Shown here piece after piece: positions 30,401 to 49,509 of a stretch of 64,000 nt of DNA. Position 1 is the stretch's first letter. Each line of letters opens with the position of its first letter. Source of the stretch: Eledone cirrhosa (Eukaryota); NCBI GenBank assembly GCA_964016885.1, contig OZ024741.1, positions 98,456,001-98,520,000 of the forward strand. Reading direction: 5' to 3'. The position numbers and the translations under genes were made by a program. The notes beneath the pieces are model-generated. The model was not told the DNA's origin. It worked only from the letters and a program-made list of their open reading frames with translations, and ran no database searches.

Positions 30401-33400
30401 CCACAACCACAACCAACACCAACATCACCACCAGAAACACAACCATCACCAACATCACCACCACAACCACAACCATCACCAACATCACCACTACAACCAC
30501 AACCAACACCAACATCATCACCACAACCACAATCAGCACCAACATCACCACCAGAAACACAACCATCACCAATATCACCACCACAACCACAACCATCACC
30601 AACATCACCACCACAACCACAACCAACACCAACATCACCACCAAAACCAGAACCATCACCAACATCACCACCATAACCACAACCATCAACAATATCACCA
30701 CCACAACTACAACCAACACCAACATCACCACCACCACCACAATCATCACCAACATCACCACCACAACCACAACCATCACCAACATCACCACCACAACTAC
30801 AACCATCACCAACATCACCACCACAACTACCACCATCACCAATTTCACCACCACAACCAGCACCATCACCAATATCACCACCACAACCACAATCACAACC
30901 ACAATCACCGCCACAACCACAACCATCACCAACATCACCACCACAACCACAACCATCACCAACATCACCACCACAACCACCAACATCACCAGCATCACGA
31001 CCACAACCACCACCATCACCAACATCACCACCACAACCACAACCATCATCAACATCACAACCACAACCACAACCATCACCAACATCACAACCACAACCAT
31101 CAGCAACATCACTACCAAAACTACCACCATCACCAACATCACCACCACAACCACAAACAACACCAACATCACCACCACAACCACAACCATCACCAACATC
31201 ACCACCACAACCACAACCATCACCAACATCGCCACCACAACCAAAGCCGTCACCAACATCACCACCACAACCACAACCTTCACTAACATCACCACCACAA
31301 CTACCAGCATCACCATTTTCACCACCACAACCACAACCATCACCAACATCACCACCACAACCACAACCATCACCAACATCGCCACCACAACCACAACCAA
31401 CACCAACATCGCCACCACAACCACAACCATCACCAACATCACCACCACAACCACAACCATCACCAACATCACCACCACAACCACAAACATCACCAACATC
31501 ACCACCACAATCACAACCATCACCAACATCACCACCACAACTACCACCATCACCATTTTCACCACCACAACCACAACCATCACCAACATAACCACCACAA
31601 CCACAACCAACACCAACATCACCACCACAACCACAACCATCACCAACACCACCACCACAACCACAACCATCACCAACATCACCACCACAACCACAAACAT
31701 CACCAACATCACCACCACAATCACAACCATCACCAACATCACCACCACAACCACAACCATCACCAACATCACCACCACAATCACAACCATCACCAACATC
31801 ACCACCACAACCACAACCAACACTAACATCACCACCACAACCATCACCAACACCACCACCACAATCACAAACATCACCAACATCACCACCACAACCACAA
31901 CCATCACCAACATCACGACCAAAACCACAACCAACACCAACATCACCACCACAACCACAACCATCACCAACATCACCACCACAACCACCACCATCACCAA
32001 CATTACCACCACAACCATCACCAACATCACCACCACAACCACAACCATCACCAACATCACCACCACAACCACAACCATCACCAACATCACCACCACAACC
32101 ACAACCATTACCAACATCACCACCACAACCACAACCATCACCAACATCACCACCACAACCACAGCCAACACCAACATTACCACCACAACCACAACCAACA
32201 CCAACATCGCAACCACAACCACAACCATCACCAACATCACCACCACAACCACAACCATCACCAACATCACCACCACAACCAACACCAACATCACCACCAC
32301 AACCACAACCATCACCAACATCACCACCACAACCACAACCAACCAACACCAACATCACAACCACAACCACAACCATCACCAACATCACAACCACAACCAT
32401 CAGCAACATCACTACCAAAACTACCACCATCACCAACATCACCACCACAACCACAAACAACACCAACATCACCACCACAACCACAAACCATCACCAACAT
32501 CACCACCACAACCATCACCAACATCACCACCACCACCACAACCATCACCAACATCACAACCAAAACCACAACCAACACCAACATCACCACCACCACCATC
32601 ACCAACATCACCACCACCACCACAACCATCACCAAAATCACCATCACAACCATCACCAACATCACCACCACAACCATCACGAACATCACCACCACCACCA
32701 AAACCATCACCAAAATCACCGCCACAACCATCACCAACATCACCACCACAACCACAACCAACACCAACATCACCACCACAACCACAACCAACACCAACAT
32801 CACAACCACAACCACAACCAACACCAACATCACCACCACAACCATCACCAACATCACCACCACCACCACAACCCACACCAACGTCACCACCAGAACCACA
32901 ACCAACACCAACATCACCACCACAACCACAACCATCACCAAAATCACCACCACAAACACAACCATCACCAACATCACCACAACAACCACAACCATCACCA
33001 ACATCACCACCACAACCACAACCATCACCAACATCACCACCACCACCACAACCATCACCAACATCACCAGCACACGCATCACCAACAGCACCACCACAAC
33101 CACAACCATCACCAACATCACCACAACAACCACTACCAACACCAACATCACCACCACCACCACAACCATCACCAACATCACCACCACAACCACAACCAAC
33201 ACCAACATCACCACCACAACCAAAAACAACATCAACATCACCACCACAACAACAACCATCACCAATATCACCACCACAACCAAACCAACATCACCACCAC
33301 AACCACTATCAACACCAACATCACCTCCACAACTACCACCATCACCAACATCACCACCACAACCACAACCAACACCAACATCACCACCACAACTACCACC

Positions 33401-36400
33401 AGCACCAACATCACCACCACAACCACAAGCAACACCAATATCACCACCACAACCAAAACCAACACCAACATCACCACCACAACCACAACCAACACCAATA
33501 TCACCACCACAACCACAACCAACACCAACATCACCATCAACACCACAATCATCACCAACATCACCATCACAACCACAACCATCACCAACATCACCACCAC
33601 AACCACAACCATCACCAACATCACCACCACAATCACAACCATCACCAACATCACCACCACAACCACAACCAACACTAACATCACCACCACAACCATCACC
33701 AACACCACCACCACAATCACAAACATCACCAACATCACCACCACAACCACAACCATCACCAACATCACCACCAAAACCACAACCAACACCAACATCACCA
33801 CCACAACCACAACCATCACCAACATCACCACCACAACCACCACCATCACCAACATTACCACCACAACCACAACCAACACCAACATCACCACCACAACCAT
33901 CACCAACATCACCACCACCACCACAACCCACACCAACGTCACCACCACAACCACAACCAACACCAACATCACCACCATAACCACAACCATCACCAAAATC
34001 ACCACCACAAACACAACCATCACCAACATCACCACAACAACCACAACCATCACCAACATCACCACCACAACCACAACCATCAGCAACATCACTACCAAAA
34101 CTACCACCATCACCAACATCACCACCACAACCACAAACAACACCAACATCACCACCACAACCACAACCATCACCAACATCACCACCACAACCATCACCAA
34201 CATCACCACCACCACCACAACCATCACCAACATCACAACCAAAACCACAACCAACACCAACATCACCACCACAACCATCACCAACATCACCACCACCACC
34301 ACAACCATCACCAAAATCACCGCCACAACCATCACCAACATCACCACCACAACCACAACCAACACCAACATCACCACCACAACCACAACCAACACCAATA
34401 TCACCACCACAACCATCACCAACATCACCACCACCACCACAACCCACACCAACATCACCATCACAACCATCACCAACATCACCACCACAACCATCACGAA
34501 CATCACCACCACCACCAAAACCATCACCAAAATCACCGCCACAACCATCACCAACATCACCACCACAACCACAACCAACACCAACATCACCACCACAACC
34601 ACAACCAACACCAACATCACCACCACAACCATCACCAACATCACCACCACCACCACAACCCACACCAACGTCACCACCACAACCACAACCAACACCAACA
34701 TCACCACCACAACCACAACCATCACCAAAATCACCACCACAAACACAACCATCACCAACATCACCACAACAACCACAACCATCACCAACATCACCACCAC
34801 AACCACAACCATCACCAACATCACCACCACCACCACAACCATCACCAACATCACCAGCACACGCATCACCAACAGCACCACCACAACCACAACCATCACC
34901 AACATCACCACAACAACCACTACCAACACCAACATCACCACCACCACCACAACCATCACCAACATCACCACCACAACCACAACCAACACCAACATCACCA
35001 CCACAACCACAAACAACATCAACATCACCACCACAACAACAACCATCACCAATATCACCACCACAACCAAACCAACATCACCACCACAACCACTATCAAC
35101 ACCAACATCACCTCCACAACTACCACCATCACCAACATCACCACCACAACCACAACCAACACCAACATCACCACCACAACTACCACCAGCACCAACATCA
35201 CCACCACAACCACAAGCAACACCAATATCACCACCACAACCAAAACCAACACCAACATCACCACCACAACCACAACCAACACCAATATCACCACCACAAC
35301 CACAACCAACACCAACATCACCATCAACACCACAATCATCACCAACATCACCATCACAACCAGAACCAACACCAATATCACCACCACAACCACAACCAAC
35401 ACCAACATCACCACAACAACCACAACCAACACCAACATCACCACCACAACCACCAACATCACTAACATCACCACCACGACCACCAACATCTCCAATATCA
35501 CCACCACAACCACAATCATCACCAACATCACCACCAACATCACCAACATCACCACCACGACCACCACCATCTCCAATATCACCACCACAACCACAACCAT
35601 CACCAACATCACCACCACAACCACAATCACAACCACCATCACCACCACCACCACCACAACCAACACCAACATCACCACCACAACTACCACCATCACCAAT
35701 TTCACCACCACAACCAGCACCATCACCAATATCACCACCACAACCACAACCACCACCAACATCACCACCACAACCACAACCATCACCAACATCACCACCA
35801 CAACTACCACCATCACCATTTTCACCACCACAACCACAACCAACACCAACATCATCACCACAACCACAACCAACACCAACATCACAACCACAAACACAAC
35901 CATCACCAACATCACCACCACAACCACAACCATCACCAACATCACCACTACAACCACAACCAACACCAACATCATCACCACAACCACAATCAGCACCAAC
36001 ATCACCACCAGAAACACAACCATCACCAACATCACCACCACAACCACAACCATCACCAACATCACCACCACAACAACAACCAACACCAACATCACCACCA
36101 AAACCAGAACCATCACCAACATCACCACCACAACCACAACCATCAACAATATCACCGCCACAACCACAACCAACACCAACATCACCACCACCACCACAAT
36201 CATCACCAACATCACCACCACAACCACAACCATCACCAACATCACCACCACAACTACAACCATCACCAACATCACCACCACAACTACCACCATCACCAAT
36301 TTCACCACCACAACCACCACCATCACCAATATCACCACCACAACCACAATTACAACCACCATCACCACCACAACCACAACCAACACCAACATCACCACCG

Positions 36401-39400
36401 CAACCACAACCATCACCAACATCGCCACCACAACCAAAGCCGTCACCAACATCACCACCACAACCACAACCTTCACCAACATCACCACCACAACTACCAC
36501 CATCACCATTTTCACCACCACAACCACAACCATCACCAACATCACCACCACAACCACAACCATCACCAACATCGCCACCACAACCACAACCAACACCAAC
36601 ATCGCCACCACAACCACAACCATCACCAACATCACCACCACAACCATCACCAACATCACCAACATCACCACCACAACTACCACCATCACCATTTTCACCA
36701 CCACAACCACAACCATCACCAACATAACCACCACAACCACAACCAACACCAACATCACCACCACAACCACAACCATCACCAACACTACCACCACAACTAT
36801 CACCAACATCGCCACCACAACCACAACCATCACCAACATCACCACCACAACCATCACCAACATCACCAACATCACCACCACAACCACAACCATCACCAAC
36901 ATCACCACCACAACCACAACCAACACCAACATCACCACCACAACCACAACCATCACCAACATCACCACCACAACCACAACCATCACCAACATCACCACCA
37001 CAACCACAACCATCACCAACATCACCACCACAACCACAACCATCACCAACATCACCACCACAACCACAACCATCACCAACATCCCCACCACAACCACAAC
37101 CATCACCAACATCACCAGCACAACCACAACCAACACCAACATTACCACCACAAACACAACCAACACCAACATCGCCACCACAACCACAACCATCACCAAC
37201 ATCACCACCACAACCACAACCATCACCAACATCACCACCACAACCACAACCAACACCAACATCACCACCACAACCACAGCCAACACCAACATCGCCACCA
37301 CAACCACAACCAATATTACCACCACAACCACAACCAACACCAACATCGCCACCACAACCACAACCATCACCAACATCAACACCACAACTATCACCACCAC
37401 CACCACTACTATCACCAAATCACCACCACAACCACAACCAACACCAACATCACCACCACCACCACTACCATCACCAACATCACCACCACAACCACAACCA
37501 ACACCAACATCACCACCACACCACAACCATCACCAACATCACCACCACCACCACAACCATCACCAAAATCACCACCACAACCATCACCAACATCACCACC
37601 ACAACCACAACCATCACCAACATCACCACCACAAACACAACCAACACCAACATCACCACAACAACCACAACCATCACCAACATCACCACCACAAGCAAAA
37701 TCATCACCAACATCACCACCACAATCACAACCATCACCAACATCACCACCACAACCACAACCATCACCAACATCACCACCACAAACACAACCAACACCAA
37801 CATCACCACAACAACCACAACCATCACCAACATCACCACCACAACCACAACCATCACCAACATCACCACCACAATCACAACCATCACCAACATCACCACC
37901 ACAACCACAACCAACACCAACATCACCACCACAACCATCACCAACACCACCACCACAACCACAAACATCACCAACATCACCACCACAACCACAACCATCA
38001 CCAACATCACCACCACAACCACAACCAACACCAACTTCACCACCACAACCACAACCAACACCAACATCACCACCACAACCAACACCAATATCACCACCAC
38101 AACCACAACCAACACCAACATCACCATCACCACCACAATCATCACCAACATCACCATCACAACCACAACCAACACCAATATCACCACCACAACCACAACC
38201 AACACCAACATCACCATCACCACCACAATCATCACCAACATCACCATCACAACCACAACCAACACCAATATCACCACCACAACCACAACCAACACCAACA
38301 TCACCACAACAACCACCACCAACACCAACATCACCACCACAACCACCAACATCACTAACATCACCACCACGACCACCACCATCTCCAATATCACCACCAC
38401 AACCACAATCATCACCAACATCACCACCAACATCACCAACATCACCACCACGACCACCACAATCTCCAATATCACCACCACAACCACAACCATCACCAAC
38501 ATCACCACCACAACCACAATCACAACCACCATCACCACCACCACCACAACCAACACCAACATCACCACCACCACAACCAACACCAACCTCACCACCACAA
38601 CCACCAACATCATCAACATCGCCACCATAAACAAAGCCACCACCAACATCACCACCACAACCACAACCATCACCAACATCACCACCACAACTACCACCAT
38701 CACCATTTTCACCACCACAACCACAACCAACACCAACATCACCACCACAACCACAACCAACACCAACATCACCACCAGAAACACAACCATCACCAACATC
38801 ACCACCACAACCACAACCATCACCAACATCACCACTACAACCACAACCAACACCAACATCATCACCACAACCACAATCAGCACCAACATCACCACCAGAA
38901 ACACAACCATCACCAATATCACCACCACAACCACAACCATCACCAACATCACCACCACAACCACAACCAACACCAACATCACCACCAAAACCAGAACCAT
39001 CACCAACATCACCACCATAACCACAACCATCAACAATATCACCACCACAACTACAACCAACACCAACATCACCACCACCACCACAATCATCACCAACATC
39101 ACCACCACAACCACAACCATCACCAACATCACCACCACAACTACAACCATCACCAACATCACCACCACAACTACCACCATCACCAATTTCACCACCACAA
39201 CCAGCACCATCACCAATATCACCACCACAACCACAATCACAACCACAATCACCGCCACAACCACAACCATCACCAACATCACCACCACAACCACAACCAT
39301 CACCAACATCACCACCACAACCACCAACATCACCAGCATCACGACCACAACCACCACCATCACCAACATCACCACCACAACCACAACCATCATCAACATC

Positions 39401-42400
39401 ACAACCACAACCACAACCATCACCAACATCACAACCACAACCATCAGCAACATCACTACCAAAACTACCACCATCACCAACATCACCACCACAACCACAA
39501 ACAACACCAACATCACCACCACAACCACAACCATCACCAACATCACCACCACAACCACAACCATCACCAACATCGCCACCACAACCAAAGCCGTCACCAA
39601 CATCACCACCACAACCACAACCTTCACTAACATCACCACCACAACTACCAGCATCACCATTTTCACCACCACAACCACAACCATCACCAACATCACCACC
39701 ACAACCACAACCATCACCAACATCGCCACCACAACCACAACCAACACCAACATCGCCACCACAACCACAACCATCACCAACATCACCACCACAACCACAA
39801 CCATCACCAACATCACCACCACAACCACAAACATCACCAACATCACCACCACAATCACAACCATCACCAACATCACCACCACAACTACCACCATCACCAT
39901 TTTCACCACCACAACCACAACCATCACCAACATAACCACCACAACCACAACCAACACCAACATCACCACCACAACCACAACCATCACCAACACCACCACC
40001 ACAACCACAACCATCACCAACATCACCACCACAACCACAAACATCACCAACATCACCACCACAATCACAACCATCACCAACATCACCACCACAACCACAA
40101 CCATCACCAACATCACCACCACAATCACAACCATCACCAACATCACCACCACAACCACAACCAACACTAACATCACCACCACAACCATCACCAACACCAC
40201 CACCACAATCACAAACATCACCAACATCACCACCACAACCACAACCATCACCAACATCACGACCAAAACCACAACCAACACCAACATCACCACCACAACC
40301 ACAACCATCACCAACATCACCACCACAACCACCACCATCACCAACATTACCACCACAACCATCACCAACATCACCACCACAACCACAACCATCACCAACA
40401 TCACCACCACAACCACAACCATTACCAACATCACCACCACAACCACAACCATCACCAACATCACCACCACAACCACAGCCAACACCAACATTACCACCAC
40501 AACCACAACCAACACCAACATCGCAACCACAACCACAACCATCACCAACATCACCACCACAACCACAACCATCACCAACATCACCACCACAACCAACACC
40601 AACATCACCACCACAACCACAACCATCACCAACATCACCACCACAACCACAACCAACCAACACCAACATCACAACCACAACCACAACCATCACCAACATC
40701 ACAACCACAACCATCAGCAACATCACTACCAAAACTACCACCATCACCAACATCACCACCACAACCACAAACAACACCAACATCACCACCACAACCACAA
40801 ACCATCACCAACATCACCACCACAACCATCACCAACATCACCACCACCACCACAACCATCACCAACATCACAACCAAAACCACAACCAACACCAACATCA
40901 CCACTACCACCATCACCAACATCACCACCACCACCACAACCATCACCAAAATCACCATCACAACCATCACCAACATCACCACCACAACCATCACGAACAT
41001 CACCACCACCACCAAAACCATCACCAAAATCACCGCCACAACCATCACCAACATCACCACCACAACCACAACCAACACCAACATCACCACCACAACCACA
41101 ACCAACACCAACATCACAACCACAACCACAACCAACACCAACATCACCACCACAACCATCACCAACATCACCACCACCACCACAACCCACACCAACGTCA
41201 CCACCAGAACCACAACCAACACCAACATCACCACCACAACCACAACCATCACCAAAATCACCACCACAAACACAACCATCACCAACATCACCACAACAAC
41301 CACAACCATCACCAACATCACCACCACAACCACAACCATCACCAACATCACCACCACCACCACAACCATCACCAACATCACCAGCACACGCATCACCAAC
41401 AGCACCACCACAACCACAACCATCACCAACATCACCACAACAACCACTACCAACACCAACATCACCACCACCACCACAACCATCACCAACATCACCACCA
41501 CAACCACAACCAACACCAACATCACCACCACAACCAAAAACAACATCAACATCACCACCACAACAACAACCATCACCAATATCACCACCACAACCAAACC
41601 AACATCACCACCACAACCACTATCAACACCAACATCACCTCCACAACTACCACCATCACCAACATCACCACCACAACCACAACCAACACCAACATCACCA
41701 CCACAACTACCACCAGCACCAACATCACCACCACAACCACAAGCAACACCAATATCACCACCACAACCAAAACCAACACCAACATCACCACCACAACCAC
41801 AACCAACACCAATATCACCACCACAACCACAACCAACACCAACATCACCATCAACACCACAATCATCACCAACATCACCATCACAACCACAACCATCACC
41901 AACATCACCACCACAACCACAACCATCACCAACATCACCACCACAATCACAACCATCACCAACATCACCACCACAACCACAACCAACACTAACATCACCA
42001 CCACAACCATCACCAACACCACCACCACAATCACAAACATCACCAACATCACCACCACAACCACAACCATCACCAACATCACCACCAAAACCACAACCAA
42101 CACCAACATCACCACCACAACCACAACCATCACCAACATCACCACCACAACCACCACCATCACCAACATTACCACCACAACCACAACCAACACCAACATC
42201 ACCACCACAACCATCACCAACATCACCACCACCACCACAACCCACACCAACGTCACCACCACAACCACAACCAACACCAACATCACCACCATAACCACAA
42301 CCATCACCAAAATCACCACCACAAACACAACCATCACCAACATCACCACAACAACCACAACCATCACCAACATCACCACCACAACCACAACCATCAGCAA

Positions 42401-45400
42401 CATCACTACCAAAACTACCACCATCACCAACATCACCACCACAACCACAAACAACACCAACATCACCACCACAACCACAACCATCACCAACATCACCACC
42501 ACAACCATCACCAACATCACCACCACCACCACAACCATCACCAACATCACAACCAAAACCACAACCAACACCAACATCACCACCACAACCATCACCAACA
42601 TCACCACCACCACCACAACCATCACCAAAATCACCGCCACAACCATCACCAACATCACCACCACAACCACAACCAACACCAACATCACCACCACAACCAC
42701 AACCAACACCAATATCACCACCACAACCATCACCAACATCACCACCACCACCACAACCCACACCAACATCACCATCACAACCATCACCAACATCACCACC
42801 ACAACCATCACGAACATCACCACCACCACCAAAACCATCACCAAAATCACCGCCACAACCATCACCAACATCACCACCACAACCACAACCAACACCAACA
42901 TCACCACCACAACCACAACCAACACCAACATCACCACCACAACCATCACCAACATCACCACCACCACCACAACCCACACCAACGTCACCACCACAACCAC
43001 AACCAACACCAACATCACCACCACAACCACAACCATCACCAAAATCACCACCACAAACACAACCATCACCAACATCACCACAACAACCACAACCATCACC
43101 AACATCACCACCACAACCACAACCATCACCAACATCACCACCACCACCACAACCATCACCAACATCACCAGCACACGCATCACCAACAGCACCACCACAA
43201 CCACAACCATCACCAACATCACCACAACAACCACTACCAACACCAACATCACCACCACCACCACAACCATCACCAACATCACCACCACAACCACAACCAA
43301 CACCAACATCACCACCACAACCACAAACAACATCAACATCACCACCACAACAACAACCATCACCAATATCACCACCACAACCAAACCAACATCACCACCA
43401 CAACCACTATCAACACCAACATCACCTCCACAACTACCACCATCACCAACATCACCACCACAACCACAACCAACACCAACATCACCACCACAACTACCAC
43501 CAGCACCAACATCACCACCACAACCACAAGCAACACCAATATCACCACCACAACCAAAACCAACACCAACATCACCACCACAACCACAACCAACACCAAT
43601 ATCACCACCACAACCACAACCAACACCAACATCACCATCAACACCACAATCATCACCAACATCACCATCACAACCACAACCAACACCAATATCACCACCA
43701 CAACCACAACCAACACCAACATCACCACAACAACCACAACCAACACCAACATCACCACCACAACCACCAACATCACTAACATCACCACCACGACCACCAA
43801 CATCTCCAATATCACCACCACAACCACAATCATCACCAACATCACCACCAACATCACCAACATCACCACCACGACCACCACCATCTCCAATATCACCACC
43901 ACAACCACAACCATCACCAACATCACCACCACAACCACAATCACAACCACCATCACCACCACCACCACCACAACCAACACCAACATCACCACCACAACTA
44001 CCACCATCACCAATTTCACCACCACAACCAGCACCATCACCAATATCACCACCACAACCACAACCACCACCAACATCACCACCACAACCACAACCATCAC
44101 CAACATCACCACCACAACTACCACCATCACCATTTTCACCACCACAACCACAACCAACACCAACATCATCACCACAACCACAACCAACACCAACATCACA
44201 ACCACAAACACAACCATCACCAACATCACCACCACAACCACAACCATCACCAACATCACCACTACAACCACAACCAACACCAACATCATCACCACAACCA
44301 CAATCAGCACCAACATCACCACCAGAAACACAACCATCACCAACATCACCACCACAACCACAACCATCACCAACATCACCACCACAACAACAACCAACAC
44401 CAACATCACCACCAAAACCAGAACCATCACCAACATCACCACCACAACCACAACCATCAACAATATCACCGCCACAACCACAACCAACACCAACATCACC
44501 ACCACCACCACAATCATCACCAACATCACCACCACAACCACAACCATCACCAACATCACCACCACAACTACAACCATCACCAACATCACCACCACAACTA
44601 CCACCATCACCAATTTCACCACCACAACCACCACCATCACCAATATCACCACCACAACCACAATTACAACCACCATCACCACCACAACCACAACCAACAC
44701 CAACATCACCACCGCAACCACAACCATCACCAACATCGCCACCACAACCAAAGCCGTCACCAACATCACCACCACAACCACAACCTTCACCAACATCACC
44801 ACCACAACTACCACCATCACCATTTTCACCACCACAACCACAACCATCACCAACATCACCACCACAACCACAACCATCACCAACATCGCCACCACAACCA
44901 CAACCAACACCAACATCGCCACCACAACCACAACCATCACCAACATCACCACCACAACCATCACCAACATCACCAACATCACCACCACAACTACCACCAT
45001 CACCATTTTCACCACCACAACCACAACCATCACCAACATAACCACCACAACCACAACCAACACCAACATCACCACCACAACCACAACCATCACCAACACT
45101 ACCACCACAACTATCACCAACATCGCCACCACAACCACAACCATCACCAACATCACCACCACAACCATCACCAACATCACCAACATCACCACCACAACCA
45201 CAACCATCACCAACATCACCACCACAACCACAACCAACACCAACATCACCACCACAACCACAACCATCACCAACATCACCACCACAACCACAACCATCAC
45301 CAACATCACCACCACAACCACAACCATCACCAACATCACCACCACAACCACAACCATCACCAACATCACCACCACAACCACAACCATCACCAACATCCCC

Positions 45401-48400
45401 ACCACAACCACAACCATCACCAACATCACCAGCACAACCACAACCAACACCAACATTACCACCACAACCACAACCAACACCAACATCGCCACCACAACCA
45501 CAACCATCACCAACATCACCACCACAACCACAACCATCACCAACATCACCACCACAACCACAACCAACACCAACATCACCACCACAACCACAGCCAACAC
45601 CAACATCGCCACCACAACCACAACCAATATTACCACCACAACCACAACCAACACCAACATCGCCACCACAACCACAACCATCACCAACATCAACACCACA
45701 ACTATCACCACCACCACCACTACTATCACCAAATCACCACCACAACCACAACCAACACCAACATCACCACCACCACCACTACCATCACCAACATCACCAC
45801 CACAACCACAACCAACACCAACATCACCACCACACCACAACCATCACCAACATCACCACCACCACCACAACCATCACCAAAATCACCACCACAACCATCA
45901 CCAACATCACCACCACAACCACAACCATCACCAACATCACCACCACAAACACAACCAACACCAACATCACCACAACAACCACAACCATCACCAACATCAC
46001 CACCACAAGCAAAATCATCACCAACATCACCACCACAATCACAACCATCACCAACATCACCACCACAACCACAACCATCACCAACATCACCACCACAAAC
46101 ACAACCAACACCAACATCACCACAACAACCACAACCATCACCAACATCACCACCACAACCACAACCATCACCAACATCACCACCACAATCACAACCATCA
46201 CCAACATCACCACCACAACCACAACCAACACCAACATCACCACCACAACCATCACCAACACCACCACCACAACCACAAACATCACCAACATCACCACCAC
46301 AACCACAACCATCACCAACATCACCACCACAACCACAACCAACACCAACATCACCACCACAACCACAACCATCACCAACATCACCACCACAACCACAACC
46401 ATCACCAACATCACCACCACAACCACAACCATCACCAACATCACCACCACAACCACAACCATCACCAACATCACCACCACAACCACAACCATCACCAACA
46501 TCACGACCACAACCACAACCATCACCAACATCACCACCACAACCACAACCAACACCAACATTACCACCACAACCACAACCAACACCAACATCGCCACCAC
46601 AACCACAACCATCACCAACATCACCACCACAACCACAACCATCACCAACATCACCACCACAACCACAACCAACACCAACATCACCACCACAACCACAGCC
46701 AACACCAACATCGCCACCACAACCACAACCAATATTACCACCACAACCACAACCAACACCAACATCGCCACCACAACCACAACCACAACCATCACCAACA
46801 TCAACACCACAACTATCACCACCACCACCACTACTATCACCAAATCACCACCACAACCACAACCAACACCAACATCACCACCACCACCACTACCATCACC
46901 AACATCACCACCACAACCACAACCAACACCAACATCACCACCACACCACAACCATCACCAACATCACCACCACCACCACAACCATCACCAAAATCACCAC
47001 CACAACCATCACCAACATCACCACCACAACCACAACCATCACCAACATCACCACCACAAACACAACCAACACCAACATCACCACAACAACCACAACCATC
47101 ACCAACATCACCACCACAAGCAAAATCATCACCAACATCACCACCACAATCACAACCAACACCAACATCACCATCAACACCACAATCATCACCAACATCA
47201 CCATCACAACCACAACCAACACCAATATCACCACCACAACCACAACCAACACCAACATCACCACAACAACCACAACCAACACCAACATCACCACCACAAC
47301 CACCAACATCACTAACATCACCACCACGACCACCAACATCTCCAATATCACCACCACAACCACAATCATCACCAACATCACCACCAACATCACCAACATC
47401 ACCACCACGACCACCACCATCTCCAATATCACCACCACAACCACAACCATCACCAACATCACCACCACAACCACAACCATCACCAACATCACCACCACAA
47501 CCACAACCAACACCAACATCACCACCACCACCACTACCATCACCAACATCACCACCACAACCACAACCAACACCAACATCACTACCACACCACAACCATC
47601 ACCAACATCACCACCACCACCACAACCATCACCAAAATCACCACCACAACCATCACCAACATCACCACCACAACCACAACCATCACCAACATCACCACCA
47701 CAAACACAACCAACACCAACATCACCACAACAACCACAACCATCACCAACATCACCACCACAAGCAAAATCATCACCAACATCACCACCACAATCACAAC
47801 CATCACCAACATCACCACAACAACCACAACCATCACCAACATCACCACCACAAACACAACCATCACCAACATCACCACCACAATCACAACCCTCACCAAC
47901 ATCACCACCACAACCACAACCAACACCAACTTCACCACCACAACCATCACCAACACCACCACCACAACCACAAACATCACCAACATCACCACCACAACCA
48001 CAACCATCACCAACATCACCACCACAACCACAACCAACACCAACATCACCACCACAACCACAACCATCACCAACATCACCACCACAACCACAACCATCAC
48101 CAACATCACCACCACAACCACAACCATCACCAACATCACCACCACAACCACAACCATCACCAACATCACCACCACAACCACAACCATCACCAACATCACC
48201 ACCACAACCACAACCATCACCAACATCACCACCACAACCACAACCAACACCAACATTACCACCACAACCACAACCAACACCAACATCGCCACCACAACCA
48301 CAACCATCACCAACATCACCACCACAACCACAACCATCACCAACATCACCACCACAACCACAACCAACACCAACATCACCACCACAACCACAGCCAACAC

Positions 48401-49358
48401 CAACATCGCCACCACAACCACAACCAATATTACCACCACAACCACAACCAACACCAACATCGCCACCACAACCACAACCACAACCATCACCAACATCAAC
48501 ACCACAACTATCACCACCACCACCACTACTATCACCAAATCACCACCACAACCACAACCAACACCAACATCACCACCACCACCACTACCATCACCAACAT
48601 CACCACCACAACCACAACCAACACCAACATCACCACCACACCACAACCATCACCAACATCACCACCACCACCACAACCATCACCAAAATCACCACCACAA
48701 CCATCACCAACATCACCACCACAACCACAACCATCACCAACATCACCACCACAAACACAACCAACACCAACATCACCACAACAACCACAACCATCACCAA
48801 CATCACCACCACAAGCAAAATCATCACCAACATCACCACCACCACAACCATCACCAACATCACCACCACAACCAAAATCATCACTAACATCACCATCACA
48901 ACCACAACCATCACCAACATCACCATCACAACTTCCACCATCACCAACATCACCACCACAACCAAAACCATCACCAAAATCACCATCAAAACCCAAACCA
49001 TCATCAACATCATCACCATCATCACCACCACAACCACAACCATCACAAACAACATCACCACCAACATCACCACCACAACCACCAACATCACCATCACAAC
49101 CACAGACACAACCACCATCGCCACCACAACCACAACCATCACCATCATCACCACCACAACCAAAACCATCACCAACATCACCAACAACATCACCACCACA
49201 ACCACCAACATCGCCACCACAACCACAACCACGACCATCACCACCATAACCATCATCATCATCACCAACACCACCACAACCATCACCATCATCACCATCA
49301 CAACAACCACCATCATCATCATCACCATCACCACCACAACCATCATTATCATCATTAC
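24430..49358. repeat. ~25 kb minisatellite array; 30-bp consensus ACCAACATCACCACCACAACCACAACCATC with 24-bp and other variants and nested higher-order duplications
   Basis: Unit read directly (e.g. 25261-25290); + strand nearly devoid of G; rare variant units recur at offsets 684, 1787 and 8314/8344. Confidence 0.97.
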
Positions 49359-49509
49359 AATTTTGTCACTTCCATTAATTATGATTTTCAGATTTTTTTT
49401 ATTATCGTCAAAGTTATTTAATGTATGACATCTTTTTTTTTGTCTTTCTTCTCTTTTTCTCTTAGTTGATTCGTTTCTATTGCCTTTCGTATGAATAACC
49501 ATCGTTATT

